Shown here: piece by piece, positions 26,326 to 39,353 of the stretch
Numbering within the stretch: the stretch's first letter is position 1
How the letters are laid out: each line of letters starts with the position of its first letter
Assembly: GCA_964016885.1 (NCBI GenBank)
Contig: OZ024743.1
Span: 254,138,001-254,202,000, forward strand
Reading direction: 5' to 3'
Origin: Eledone cirrhosa
Taxonomy: Eukaryota
Length of the DNA: 64,000 bases
Position numbers and translations under genes: made by a program
The notes under the pieces: model-generated
What the model was told of the DNA's origin: nothing
The model's database searches: none
What the model saw: only the letters and a program-made list of their open reading frames with translations

Positions 26326-26875
26326 GTTGTGGAGTTGGGGTTTCCAGGAGCATAGTAGCTAGAATAAGAATAGGATGGAAAAAGTTTGTAGAGATACTAC
26401 TTTTGACGACAACATGTTTCCCCCAATGAGTGAAAGATTGGCTGTATGTTGCCTGTGTGTGACCTGCAATGCTGCATGTCGGTGAAACAAAGGTAGCGAT
26501 TGCTGAGAATATGCAAAGTCTGAAGAGAAAGGAAGAGAGCATGTTTCGATGCATGTGCAATGTTAATGTGTATGAATGACAAAGCCTGGATGAACTGAGA
26601 GAGAAACTGAGTATAACCGGTTTGAAATACTGTATGCAGGAGAGAAGACTGCACTGGTATGGATATGTGATGCAGATGGAAGACGATTGCAGTGTGAAGA
26701 AGTGCAAAGAAATACCAATGGAAGCAGATGAAGACCAAGAAATACCTGGGCAGAAGTGGCAATCTCAAAATGCTGCAGCTAACAGTAGAGACAACTAAGT
26801 AGAGATGTTGTGTTGAAAATATCCTGTCAGATATGTGCAACTATTGAAAAGCATACATAAAATTGATGATGATGA
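26326..26875 (+). mobile_element. Old RTE 3' fragment
   Basis: Degenerate RIGWKKF and RRLHWYGYVMQM motifs. Confidence 0.7.
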
Positions 26876-27322
26876 AGTATATATGCTTACATGCATGAGT
26901 GTGTGTATCATCATCATCATCATCATTATTGTTTAACGTCGATCTTCCAAGCTAGCATGGGTTAGACGGGAATTGTCCCATCTGAGGTAAGATTGGTCAG
27001 GTGACCGTGTCTCACTCATATAGGACTATCTGGCAGGTTTTCTACGATTGGATGCCCTTCCTAACACGAACCGCATTTACAGTGTATATATATATAAATA
27101 TATCTATGTTTGTATTTGTGGTATGTATGTATACAGATCTGGAAAAATGAACATTACATGAAAGTGATGTTGACATACATTAATATATCTCTATATCATT
27201 TTACCTCTGTCTTTTATTGTGACACTTTTTCTTTCTTACAATTTCTCTCAATCTCTGAATATCTGAATGATGTTTATATGTATGTGTGTGCATGCATGTG
27301 TATGCAGGCATGTTTGTACATA

Positions 27323-27326
<4 letters not shown>

Positions 27327-27354
<28 letters not shown>

Positions 27355-27419
27355 CCCCCCCCTCCCCCCATCTCTCTCTCTCTCTCTCTTCCTCTCTCTC
27401 TCTCCCCCTCCCTCTCCCC

Positions 27420-27505
<86 letters not shown>
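27327..27505. repeat. (CT)n / polypyrimidine tract
   Basis: Directly visible. Confidence 0.95.
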
Positions 27506-27508
<3 letters not shown>

Positions 27509-27791
27509 ATATATATATGTGTGTGTGTATGGACATGTGATGTGCATGCAGGATGACCGTCGGGTAAAGGAGTGTCAAGAAATCCCAGCAGAAGGAAGAC
27601 ACGGTAGAGGAAGACCACGAAAAACATGGGCGGAGGTGGCGAGAACAGAACTCAGATCGCTGAAGCTCACAGAGAAGATGACGAAGGACTGTGACAAGTG
27701 AAGAGATACTGTGCTGAATAGGACCCGTCCCGGCCTTGCAAGCAGGGAAAAGCAGATGTAAAATGATGATGATGATATATATATATATATA

Positions 27792-28175
27792 TCATCATCA
27801 TCATCATCTTCATCATTTTACGTCCGCTTTTCCCTGCTTGCAAGGGTGGGACGGGAACTGATTCTGGCTTGATTTCTACAGCTGGATGCACTTCTTAACA
27901 CCAACCTCATTTACAGTGAGTGCTGGGTGCTTTTTTTTTTTCTGTGGCGCCTACACATCCACTTTACAGAGTGGACTGGGTGCTTTTTTGCCATGGCACC
28001 CCCACGACCACTTTGCAGTGGAATGATAGGGAACCCAGTCCTATCATCTCATTTCTACAGCTGAGTAAACTGGAGCAATGTGAAATAAAGTGTCTTGCTC
28101 AAGGAAACAACACATCACCCAGTCAGAGAATTGAACTCACAACCTTTCGATTGCAAGGCCAAAGCTCTAACTACT
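27792..28175 (-). mobile_element. tRNA-headed SINE with RTE-derived 3' tail
   Basis: Reverse complement of 35861-36208, with an extra internal segment; (CAT)n at the left end. Confidence 0.8.
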
Positions 28176-28192
28176 ATATATATATATTTATA

Positions 28193-28560
28193 TATTTAAT
28201 ATAGAAATGGCTTCTACAGGACTAGAACTGTTTCATTTGGGAGAAATCATAAGGAAGTCCAAGTAATATGGTGGTATTTATACCTGTTCTGGTGGTAGGA
28301 GAGGGTGGTGATTGGGATGGGTGGAGGTCCATCCATCCCAATCACCCATCAACCAATGACCTCCACCCATCTCAATCCCCACCCTCTCCTACCACCAGAA
28401 CAGGTATAAATACCACCATATTACTTGGACAGTCGGCTTCCTTATGATTTCTCCTAAATGAAACTGTAAAAGCCATTTCTATATTAAATACCTATACTCT
28501 GCTATGTATTGAGTACCTTACTTACTGTGGTTATTCCCAATTGAACCCAGGATAAACTTA
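28193..28560. mobile_element. Fold-back element (arms 28193-28329 and 28358-28490) with 70-nt one-sided tail, in TA runs; HHR scaffold with CTTATGA core
   Basis: Arms are reverse complements. Combining both arms gives GGCTTC CTTATGA...GAAA CAG...CTG TA GAAGCC. Confidence 0.8.
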
Positions 28561-31364
28561 TATATATATATATAAAGAGAGTGAGAGAGAGAGATAGTGG
28601 GGGGGGGGGGAGATAGAGGGGGGGGGGAGATAGAGGGGGGGGAGAGATAGATGGACAAATATGTGTACATATAAATATGTGTAAGGATTTTATTTACACA
28701 AATAAAAAAAAAAATGGAAGACATTTGTCTACAAAAATTTTGACTGATAAATTCTTGATTTTCTCTCTACTTCTGCTGAGAAAAGTTGCTGGCTCTATGT
28801 CCCCATGTCCACCAGATATATTTCACTTTGTTGCAGGTGGGTTGAGGGGAGTTGTCAATGGATCAACGCTGCACCATTATCTGTCCATGTTCTGCAATTA
28901 GTGACATTATCAGGCTTATGCTGTCCAATTAATGCCACCATTATTGTATTCTCCAACCCCACCCACCACCACCATTATTGGCCTCAACACACTACCACTA
29001 TCAACAACAAACTCCACCATTACCAACACAAATAACAACAAACCCAACAACTACCACCATCACTGCCACTGCCACCACCACCACCACCTAACAATAACAA
29101 CTGCCATCAGCATGCCACCCCACCCCTCAACATCAACCTCTACCATCCCACCACTACCTTCCTCTACCTTACAGCTATCTCTGCCTACTCACACTGATAC
29201 CAGCAGACATTCTTAGCATTCCTGTCTTTCACATGGCATTGCATGGCATAATTGTTAATTCCTTGAACCATTCTTCAAATGATGTCAAATTATATCTCTA
29301 CATTTCTGTCTTTCATTTTAAATCATCTCTTCCTCCAAACACCAAAACCTGTCATTTACCTAAAAAGATTTTCTTTAAAAGAAAAAGATTATTATCGCTT
29401 TCCTTCTGAAATTTCCTTACTTAACACAGTAACACTCATTAAACATTAGGGTTCCTTTTATTTTATTTGTTTTGTTTTTTACCTACTAATTTTTTATATT
29501 CTTCCAACCATTTACTTGAAATAATTTAAATCAATTTCATCACATAGTACACTACATTTTGCCTACATGCACTGAACATTGCTCTCCTTCAGAAAAAACT
29601 GAAAGTGGTTGAGGCATGGATAGTGATGATGATGATGATGATAGATTTTCCATCAATTTTGATGATGACCATTCAGCAATTCAATCAATTGGATGTACAA
29701 ATTATGAATTAACGAGTAATTGGTGGAGTATTCCATTGACACATACCCTTAACGTAATTCTCGAGGTGAATAAATGTTGCCATAATATGTGACAATGCTA
29801 TACCTTTGAATTACAGATACAGAATATCTTCTATTATAGCCTAAGGGGTTGACTATTTCATAGACTATTTCATGTACACTTAACATATTTCAGAAGCTTA
29901 ATTGGTTCTTGAATATTCTAGAGACACGTGTATACTTAATGTAACAAACATTGACACAATATGTATCAATGGTAGAACTTTGAATTACAGGCACCGTCCA
30001 CCCAACAGATTGTCACATTGATATCCGTTCCCCAATTTCTCTCATAAAGCTTGACCAGGGCAATGGTTTAATAAGCTTTACCAAGATACCAGGCAATGGA
30101 ATAGAAATCACAACCTCATGATTGCAAAGCAAACTTTTTAACCATTTAGCCATACCTGCTTTCATATTAACAATCATGGTCAAGATAGCAGCAGCAAGAA
30201 ATGAATACAGATTTTGTATTGGATCTTTGAATTACATGCAAATTCCAGGTATGCCTGTAATTCAATGATTATTAAAATGTAGATGTTGGGTATTCCACAG
30301 ATATATGTATACTTAATATAATTCCCAAACCAAATCAGTATTGACACATGTGACATGGTTAGACCTTTAAATTACAGGTATAATTCATCTTGAATTATTC
30401 ATAGTCATAATAACAAGAAGGGTAACTTCACGTAGTGATAGGATCTCACCAAATTTTTCTGACAATAATAATTTAAAAAATTAATGACCCCACTTTGTAC
30501 ATATCCATCTATCTGCCAAATTGCTGACTGAAATCAATAGGTCAAGAGTCTCTGTTGTGCTACTAGCAAGAAACTATGACCCAAGGAGTTGAAAGTTGTG
30601 TTTTGATATTTAGCTATCATACTCTAGGCAGAGTAATATGAATGTCAGATAGAATACTTTACATTACACATTCTGAATCTGAACTTTCTGATTTCAAATC
30701 CTGCCTAGGTCGACTTTGCCTTTCACACCTTCAAGGTTGATAAAAAATGTACAAGTTGATTCTCCCTATATTCCTCACTTCTACTTTCTCTCTATTTATC
30801 TCCTTCACTGGAAGAAATTGGCTATGTCTATACCTGGAGAGAGTGATGGGCTATGCCAAGTTTAAAATACCCAAAATATGTCATCACAGCACCCCAAAAA
30901 CGTTACAGGTTCTTACATATTTATGTTCTACTTCCCTGCATCCTGACCTTTAACTTTTAACATCCTGCACCACATGAAACCACATTAGCAAGACACTCTT
31001 TAAAGATATGGAACATCACTTGCTCTGCATCATATGAAAAATTAAAGAATTTAAGCTAATAATTCAAATATCTATATATATTTCAATTAACAAACTCATT
31101 TTTAGATATTATCTGTTGAAACATTGCTGCATGTTAAGAGATAAAGATTTAAGACAACTCCAATTCCAACAATTGCAACTGTCACAACAGCGGTAGATGA
31201 GATATTGATGGTGAGGTGAGGATGAAGTTTAAAATCCACTGTTCAAATGATGAGGTGTATTACTCTTTCACATTCAGTAGGTTTATCATAGTTTAAAATG
31301 TCTAAATTGATACCATACATGAATAAATTTCATACACACATATATCTGTACATGTATATATATA

Positions 31365-31910
31365 TATATCATTATCATCACTGTTTAATGTCCATTTTGC
31401 CACGCTAGCATGGGTTAGACAAATTGTCCTGTTGTGTGAAATACCAGGTCAGGTGACCATGTCTTGCTCAACATAATTAATTTTGGCTTGGTTTCAACAG
31501 CTGGATGACCTTCCTAATGCCAATCACGTTTTCATTGAGTACTGGGTGCTTTTTGTCACAACACCTACAAGACCACTTTATAGTGTGGGCTAGGCACTTT
31601 TTATCATGTTGCCATCACAACCACATTACCTTGTGAGCTGAGGGCTTCAGTAAATTTATGCTTCAGCCAGTCTTTATGAGAGGTGTATGAAAGAGTGGGG
31701 TGGGGCATACTATATCTATGTTTCAGCTTCAGTCTGTGCCCATGGGAAGGCGGGTCTTCCGTATTACTACATAATGCCAGAGAACTTGGTCCTGTGTCAT
31801 CGTCTTTGAGAGGTGCAATTGAGCAAGGTCAGGTTTTATCACCACATACAAAGTCTTCCTGTGTCTCCCCACTCCATGACATCCATCAACTTTCTGCGGT
31901 CTGCAACTTT
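31365..31910 (-). mobile_element. Old RTE 3' fragment
   Basis: Diverged reverse complement of the RTE 3' UTR and C-terminus. Confidence 0.7.
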
Positions 31911-31939
31911 ATATATATACACATATATAAACATATACA

Positions 31940-32302
31940 TATCAAATATGTGAATTTGTATAGGTGGCAATATACAGTATGTTTATAAATAAACATTTTG
32001 AAAGCCTTCAGTTATGAATTTGAAAAATTGATGTAGCGCTATCTAGTGTTCCAGCAGAAGCAAAGGACGGGTAACTAACAATGTTGACATCATCATTCTG
32101 ACTCTGGTTGTTATCAAGCTAATGCTCTCTGACTCGCTTGCTGCTGCAGCATCAGCTGGAACACACCAGATGGCACTACGCCATCAGTTTTCAAATTCAT
32201 AGCTGAAGGCTTTCAAAATTTTTATTTATGAACATACTGTATATCGCCAGATATAAAAAATTGCGTATTTCATATAGAAGCTATGTTAGACTTAATTCTC
32301 TT
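31940..32302. repeat. Diverged fold-back (arms about 31940-32062 and 32147-32274) between TA runs
   Basis: ATACAGTATGTTTATAAATAAACATTTTGAAAGCCTTCAG pairs with CTGAAGGCTTTCAAAATTTTTATTTATGAACATACTGTAT. Confidence 0.8.
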
Positions 32303-32326
32303 ATATATACATACATATATATATAA

Positions 32327-32880
32327 CTGGTATCATTTGGGAGAGGGGTGTATGTAAGGGGGCTAAAGGAAGAAGTGTGGAGCGTTCAAACCCGTGGCGG
32401 TCCAAGTCTCAAGGCAGAAAATCATCCGTTACTTGACCCTCGTTCATGAATCCTGGGTTCCGGAGAACACTATTAAGCTGCATACAGTCAGATTGCGAGT
32501 GCACTGACAGGCTGAGTAGAAGAGATGGGTGAACAGGAGCCAAGGCAGATGTTGCGAAGGTGTTCAGCAAACCAGTCAGCCAAACGGCATCCCGTCTGTC
32601 TGACATAGGTCACGCCGCATTCGATGCAGTGGAGTCCATATACAAGGCTTGGGGTGTTGCAGTGAAAGGAGGGCCAGACATGGAGGGAATGGCCATTGTG
32701 CCCCTAGAAGGTAGTGGTTTTCATGATGTGAGAGCATATGTGGCAATGTGTTTGGAAGCAAGGGAGGGATATGGGGGGGGGGCAGAAGCGGGGGTGCACA
32801 TGAGGACGTTGCAGAAGCTTCATGCACGCTTGAAAGATAGGAGGTGTGGGAGTGGGAAGAAGAAGGAGGTGGAGGAGTCT
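32327..32880 (-). pseudogene. Penelope-like (Neptune-type) Cys linker + GIY-YIG endonuclease remnant
   Basis: Manual minus-strand translation: PCFQTHCHICSHI...FHCNTPSLVYGLHCIECGVTYVRQTGCRLADWFAEHLRNI...MIFCLETWTATGLN; TA runs on both sides. Confidence 0.85.
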
Positions 32881-32925
32881 ATATATATATATATATATAC
32901 ACACACAGATATATACATATTTATA

Positions 32926-32956
<31 letters not shown>

Positions 32957-33586
32957 CAGACACACACACATATATATATATATATATACACACACATATA
33001 ATCATCACTTTCATTTTCCAAACACATTTTCATGCTGGCATGGGTTAGGAAGAATGTTTAGAGACAATATTTTACACCCTGATGCCCTTACTGAAGCCAA
33101 CACTTTTAGTTGTACCCATTCTGATAATGGAGATACACAAATAAATGATGAAAATGATGATGATGGTGATGACATTTTCTGTGATGGTGGTAATAAATGT
33201 GATGATAATAGTAAGAACAAAGATGATGATAATAATAATAATAACAATGATAATAATAGTAATGTTTACGGTGATATCACATGTCAGAAGGCTATTGTTA
33301 CAATTCTTGCTTCATGAATGGTAACAGTGAGGCATAAAAATTAAAGTTATCGCACATTTTACAGCGACGTATATCATATAAACGAAACATTTCAATGTGA
33401 TTAAAGCTCTGTATATTTTCACAAATGCTCATAAAAACAAAACCTGCCATAACACATCATTTACTAGCAATATTGGCTTGGAGTTGAGAATTTATCTGAA
33501 TCAGCCACACTAGTTGCCAGCCAAATGTTCATTTATAAGTAAGTAGTCCATAAATCCCACCAGTTACTAACCAGAAAATCAAACCC

Positions 33587-33587
<1 letters not shown>

Positions 33588-33619
<32 letters not shown>

Positions 33620-33894
33620 TATATATATATATATACATATACACACATATATATATATACATATACACACATATATATATATACATATACACACATATAT
33701 ATATATACATATACACACATATATATATATATATATAATATATATATATCTATATATATACATATATATATACATATATATAAACATATATATATCTATA
33801 TATATACATATATATATACATATATATAAACATATATATATATATATATACATATATATAAACATATATATATATATATATATACATATATATA

Positions 33895-33932
<38 letters not shown>

Positions 33933-34040
33933 TTTACATACATATACAAATATATATATACGTATATATGTATGTATATATGTATGCACATATATATATA
34001 TATATACATATATATTTACATATATATATATATATATATT
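33588..34040. repeat. Compound (TA)n/(CA)n microsatellite
   Basis: Directly visible; includes short higher-order units. Confidence 0.95.
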
Positions 34041-35540
34041 TATTTATTTATGTGTGTGTCTGTGTGTGTATGTATGAATATATGTAGGGGTGTGTGTGTC
34101 TTTGTGGGGATTATGAAGTGAGTTATCTAAACCTAGCAAAAGCAGTGAACAATTTGAATTTAATTATTAAGATATGTCACTTGTAAATACAATGCTGTAC
34201 GAATGACTGGCTGTTCGATTGCTGTTGCTTCGAATCTAGTCACGTATTATGACAAATTACTATTCGTCATGACCAGTGTTGACCTCTGTACACCACAAAC
34301 ATAACTACAATGTAGCATGGATTTCAATGGCAAGTCACATGTGATAATTTAGAGATGTATAGAGGAGCATGTACTTTACAATGAAGTATCATGAAATGAT
34401 AAATTCTATGATCTTTATATTGCAACTGTATCGTAGCTAGCTCAGTTATGGTGAGATGCCAACAAAACAACTGCTTCCTATTTGGTTAACCTCGTCCTTA
34501 CCAGATTTTATTTCATACGATTTTTATATTATTCTGACAATTATCAAGAATTTAAGAAGATTCAGTAATATAACTTACCTTTTCCTTGTTAACCCTTTCA
34601 TTATCATGTCTTTCTATTTTCTGAAGGCAATATTTCGTTGTATTTTCTTTTGATATTTACTTCTGCATCAACAGGTTGATATTTCTCAGTTTCAGAAGAT
34701 CCCGTTCTAATGTAAAAGCCGAAATTGTTTGCTTAAACTTTTAATCTGTGCTAATAATATATGGCTCAGGTACAAAGTTAAACTGAAGAGTGATCTTTCA
34801 GGAGCCAATATACCTAATGAGACATTTGAGCAATTGGTCTTGCAGCAAAAGGTGTGGAAATCTATGTGTCATAATGGGATTAGGAACTTTGAGTGTATTT
34901 GTATCCATAGGCTACAAGAAGCAAGAGGGGTGTGTGTGTGTGTGGGGGGGGGGTCATTATAAAAAAACACCAGCAACATTATCCAGTAAACCTCTATAAT
35001 GGCATGTCCATCATAAACATCCAAACTGAATAGGTTGTTCAGATACTCATTCATTGAAATCAATGGGAGAGTCCATCATATATATATATATATGCATCTT
35101 ATAAGAGGAGGATGTACTTTACAATGAAGTATCATGAAATGATAAATTCTATGACCTTCATATCACAACTGTATCATAGCTAGCTCAGTTATCGTGATTT
35201 GCCAACAAAACAACTGCTTCCTATTTGGCTAACCTCTTCCTTACCATATTTCTTTTGCTGCAAGGCGACTTGCTCAAATGTCTCATTAGGTATATTGGTG
35301 GCTGAAAGATTACTCTTCAGTTTTTCTTTGTACACTAGCCATGTATTATTAGCACAGATTAAAATTTTAAGCAAACAATTTCTGCTTTCACCTTAAAACG
35401 TGATCTTCTGAAACTGAGAAATATCATATATATAGCATCTTACGAATGGCAATTTTTAGACACACTGGACTAATGAAACAATTGTTAATACTTTAAATAA
35501 ACCCTATTGTATAGCCGATACATTACTCTTCACTCAGTTG

Positions 35541-35588
<48 letters not shown>

Positions 35589-35860
35589 ATATAATAAAGT
35601 TATATCTGTATAAAGAACAGAGTTAACCAGGACTCTATAAATACACTTTCTCAGAGTTCTTTCATCACACACATCTGTGACATCATCATTGATGTTTTTA
35701 TGTTTCCTCCTGTTAACAATATCTGTTTTAACATGCTTCATATCAAAAACCTTGCAAAACAAATATACATTATTATAGTGAGTCTTATGAATGATGGGAG
35801 ACAATGGCCAGATTGATGAGGCTGAATGGGCTTACTCGGACTATGCTTTTCTAAGAAGGT

Positions 35861-36208
35861 GGCATATGGTTTAGTGGTTAGAGCATTGGCCTTGCAATCG
35901 AAAGGTTGTGAGTTCAATTCTCAGACTGGGTGATGTGTTGTTTCCTTGAGCAAGAGACTTTATTTCACATTGTTCCAGTTCACTCAGCTGTAGAAATGAG
36001 ATGATAGGATTGGGGTCCCTATCATTCCACTGCAAAGTGGTCGTGGAGGTGCCATGGCAAAAAAGCACCCATCACTCACTGTAAATGAGGTTGGTGTTAG
36101 GAAGGGCATCCAGCTGTAGAAATCAAGCCAGTATCAGTTCCCGTCCCACCCTTGCAAGCAGGGAAAAGCGGACGTAAAATGATGATGATGATGATGATGA
36201 TGATGATG
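35861..36208 (+). mobile_element. tRNA-headed SINE with RTE-derived 3' tail and (GAT)n
   Basis: A-box TGGTTTAGTGG, B-box GAGTTCAATTC; 3' part shared with the RTE 3' UTR. Confidence 0.85.
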
Positions 36209-36348
36209 TGGGGAGAAACTGGGAGAAGACACTTTTAATGGCCATAAGATGATTTTGGAGTGTTGTGTGAGGAATCACCCTAAAGTACAGTCTACTCTTT
36301 TGGGGGAAATGGTCCTAGTTGAATGTCATTATTGTGTTCTATTTTCTA

Positions 36349-36545
36349 GGGCAGTGGATTGGCAGTATCGGTAGAGTGTCAGACGCCATGCTTTGATGCA
36401 TAGAGTTACGGCCCTTGCTATTCTGAGTTCAAATCCCGCCGAGGTTAACTTTGCCTTTCATCCTTAAAGGGTCGATAAAATAAAGTACCAGTAATGCACT
36501 GGGTAATTGCTGGCCTTGTGCCAAAAGTAGAAACAATTATTGTGT
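36349..36545 (+). mobile_element. SINE, second family (GCCTTTCATCC...GTCGATAAAATAAAGTACC core)
   Basis: B-box GAGTTCAAATCC; related copies at 55716-55897, 41440-41595 and 47900-47970, and inverted at 44560-44700 and 52995-53078. Confidence 0.8.
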
Positions 36546-38789
36546 TCTATTTTCAAAATTAAATTTTAAAATTTCTATTATCGTTATATCTAATCTTTTC
36601 ACTTCGGTGGTATCCCCTTTCCTTTACTCAATGTAAACACCATTCTGTCTTGTTTTATCCGTGTATAGTTCCCCATGTCTTGAGCCCTTGTGGCAATTAT
36701 TATTATTTTGTTTTATTGTTATTTATATTTTTAACATTAATTTTATTACTAAGTCTTATTGTGCACATACCATTTTTTTCTATGCAGCCAAACCCGTAGG
36801 AATAAATTTCTGAAGTTCACTGAAGATTTCTATAGTTAATTTGAACAAAGGAATTTTAAGATAGATGAGAGCAGATAGCCAACACATTATGTAGCTAAGG
36901 CTGTCTTCCACTGATAACCAATCTATCAGAAATATACTAACACTCCATTTTGTTGGTTGGTATTTATATTTATTTCAAAATATGTGTGTTTATGTGTATG
37001 TATATTTATTCATGTATGCATTTATGTGTTTGTGGGTGGATGTGTTAGTATGTGTCTATGTATGTTGTGTAATTCTAGTTATGAGGGTGATTGTGTGTAT
37101 TTATGTATTTGTGTTTAATTGTATGTTTGTAAATATATGTGTATTTATGTGAGCACATGAGTATCCATTTTGTGCGAGTATGCATGCAAATATCCTTATG
37201 TGTGTGAACGTTGTGTTTTTCTCTGTAGTAGAGAGGTCACAATGATAAATAAACAAGAATAAAATTAAGTATAAAAAATCATACGAAACAATGAAACAAA
37301 CAAAATATTATACAGAAAAACATTTTTTTTAAATCAACACAGATATAGCTTATTGTATGTAACAACAAAATATAATATATAATCGAGAATAGAAAATATT
37401 TAGTAAATGAAATAGAATAAAAATATTTGAAAAAAATCCAATAAATTACAAGAACACTACTCCCCCCCCCCCCCCCCCAAAAAAAAAATCTGATTTAAGA
37501 AGTATTTTTATCAAATTTGCAAGAGAAACTGCTACATTTGTATTTAAACATATGTCTAGCATTTCAGCAAATATTTATATTACATATCTTCCTTTATTCT
37601 ACCCTTCATTTTTAGAGAAAACCCATTTGTTGTCAACAGAGGTAGTAAGTAGTTCCTTGAAAATGTTCTAGCCTGTTCTTATTCTAACTAAATCAGCTAA
37701 GTAAAATAAACTATCAACTTATTATAAGGTACCTATCCCTGTCCATCTGCCAAGTGCAAAGTTTATTTTTCTTTTAGCTTGCCTTCAATCCCACTACAAC
37801 TCTTGTTTACCTATACCTTACAGTGTACATTGCTGGCACTGCTCTCACAAGCCATTCTATGCCTAGTTTCATTAAAGATCACTAGATGACAGATCATGAT
37901 ATTCTGTCAAACGCATTCAACAGATCAACAGAAGCTAGATATAGTGACTAAGAAGAGAACATGTTTGATGCTCCTCTTTGACACAAAACCAAACTGCATC
38001 TCATCTAATCTAATTTGATGCTTTCCATAATTAATTGAGCTAACACTCTTTCCATCAATTTCATACATCTGTAGTTGCTCCTATCTAGTACATTACATGT
38101 TCCCTTGTAACAAATAATGATTATACAGTTACACCAGTCATTGTGTATGGCCTAATCCTGTATTACCTGGTTGATATTGTGGGAGGCTAGTTCAACACTT
38201 TCTTACCAAAATGATTTCAGCATTTCTCTGACTATCTCAGATTGTCCAATTGTTTTACCCTTTTTCATCTCCCTTATTATTTCTTTGAACCTATAACTGT
38301 CTATTTCAATAACCAGCCCCTCTGTTGTGTCTACTGTGTGTGATCTCTCTTTCTGTCACCCCTTCTCCACATTCATCAACCTCTCATAGTTATATTTCCA
38401 GGCCTCTTTCTTTTGAGCATCAGTAAGGTTATGTGTGCTAGTGTCATTTCAAACACATATCTGTGTATTTATTTATTAATGAATAGTTGAAATTATAATA
38501 ATTATTTATTATATAATATATTTTTTGGATAAGGCTCCATACCCCAACTCCACTACCAGTCCTTAGTTATACATCAGCTAGACATCCTTGTCTCTATTCC
38601 ATACATAAACTGCTAAACTTCAAAGTTACTTCCTACCTCGTTTCTTCTACCCCCACCACTTTCTTCACCCAAAACATTAACCATCATAGCAACTCACTTC
38701 TCCTTATTTTCCATCTGCTTCATCTTCCTCCACTTCTTCCCCTCCTCCTCATCAAGATATATAAATACCAGACTTGTCCAAAATTATCT

Positions 38790-38845
38790 GATTTTCCTGA
38801 TGAATTCAAATCAAATAAATGAAAGAGTTCTAGTCCTGTAGAATC
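38790..38845 (+). ncRNA. Type I hammerhead motif, relative of the 28.2-kb fold-back family
   Basis: TTC CTGATGA ATT...AAT GAAA GAGTTCTAGTCCTG TA GAA; AGTTCTAGTCCTGTAGAA is shared with the reverse complement of 28212-28229; one stem III mismatch. Confidence 0.55.
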
Positions 38846-38870
38846 TCTCTCTTACTCTCAGTCTCCCCCC

Positions 38871-38906
<36 letters not shown>

Positions 38907-39100
38907 AGCAGAAAGGATATTCAATTTGTTGGTAATTCAACAAATATAAATGTTTATAAATGATTCAGAGCACTCAACCTCATTTCCATACTCATCTTAA
39001 CAATTTTGAAAAATCTGTCTCTAAGTTCACTATCCAAGGAAAATTTCAACCGTTAAGGTATGTTCCTTGGCTATGTCAAAATTTATAAAACACACTTTGT

Positions 39101-39160
39101 ATTTCATCTGATGAAAGCGTACCAAAGTTTTTGGTACCCTTGAAATATATATAATAGAAT
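39101..39160 (+). ncRNA. Type I hammerhead motif in a TA-embedded fragment
   Basis: TTCAT CTGATGA AAG-C-GTACCAAA..TTTGGTAC-C-CTT GAAA TATATA TA ATAGAA; strong stem II, palindromic AU stem III. Confidence 0.65.
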
Positions 39161-39200
39161 AAATATGGTTTTATAAATATAGTTTCCATCTATTTAATAT

Positions 39201-39236
<36 letters not shown>

Positions 39237-39271
39237 TTATATATATATATATGTGTGTGTGTGTGTATATA

Positions 39272-39351
<80 letters not shown>

Positions 39352-39353
<2 letters not shown>

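Noticed and set aside
28932-29216. His/Thr/Pro-rich ORF
   Set aside because: Degenerate (CAC/CAA)n low-complexity sequence; likewise the Asp/Asn-rich ORF at 32844-33317.
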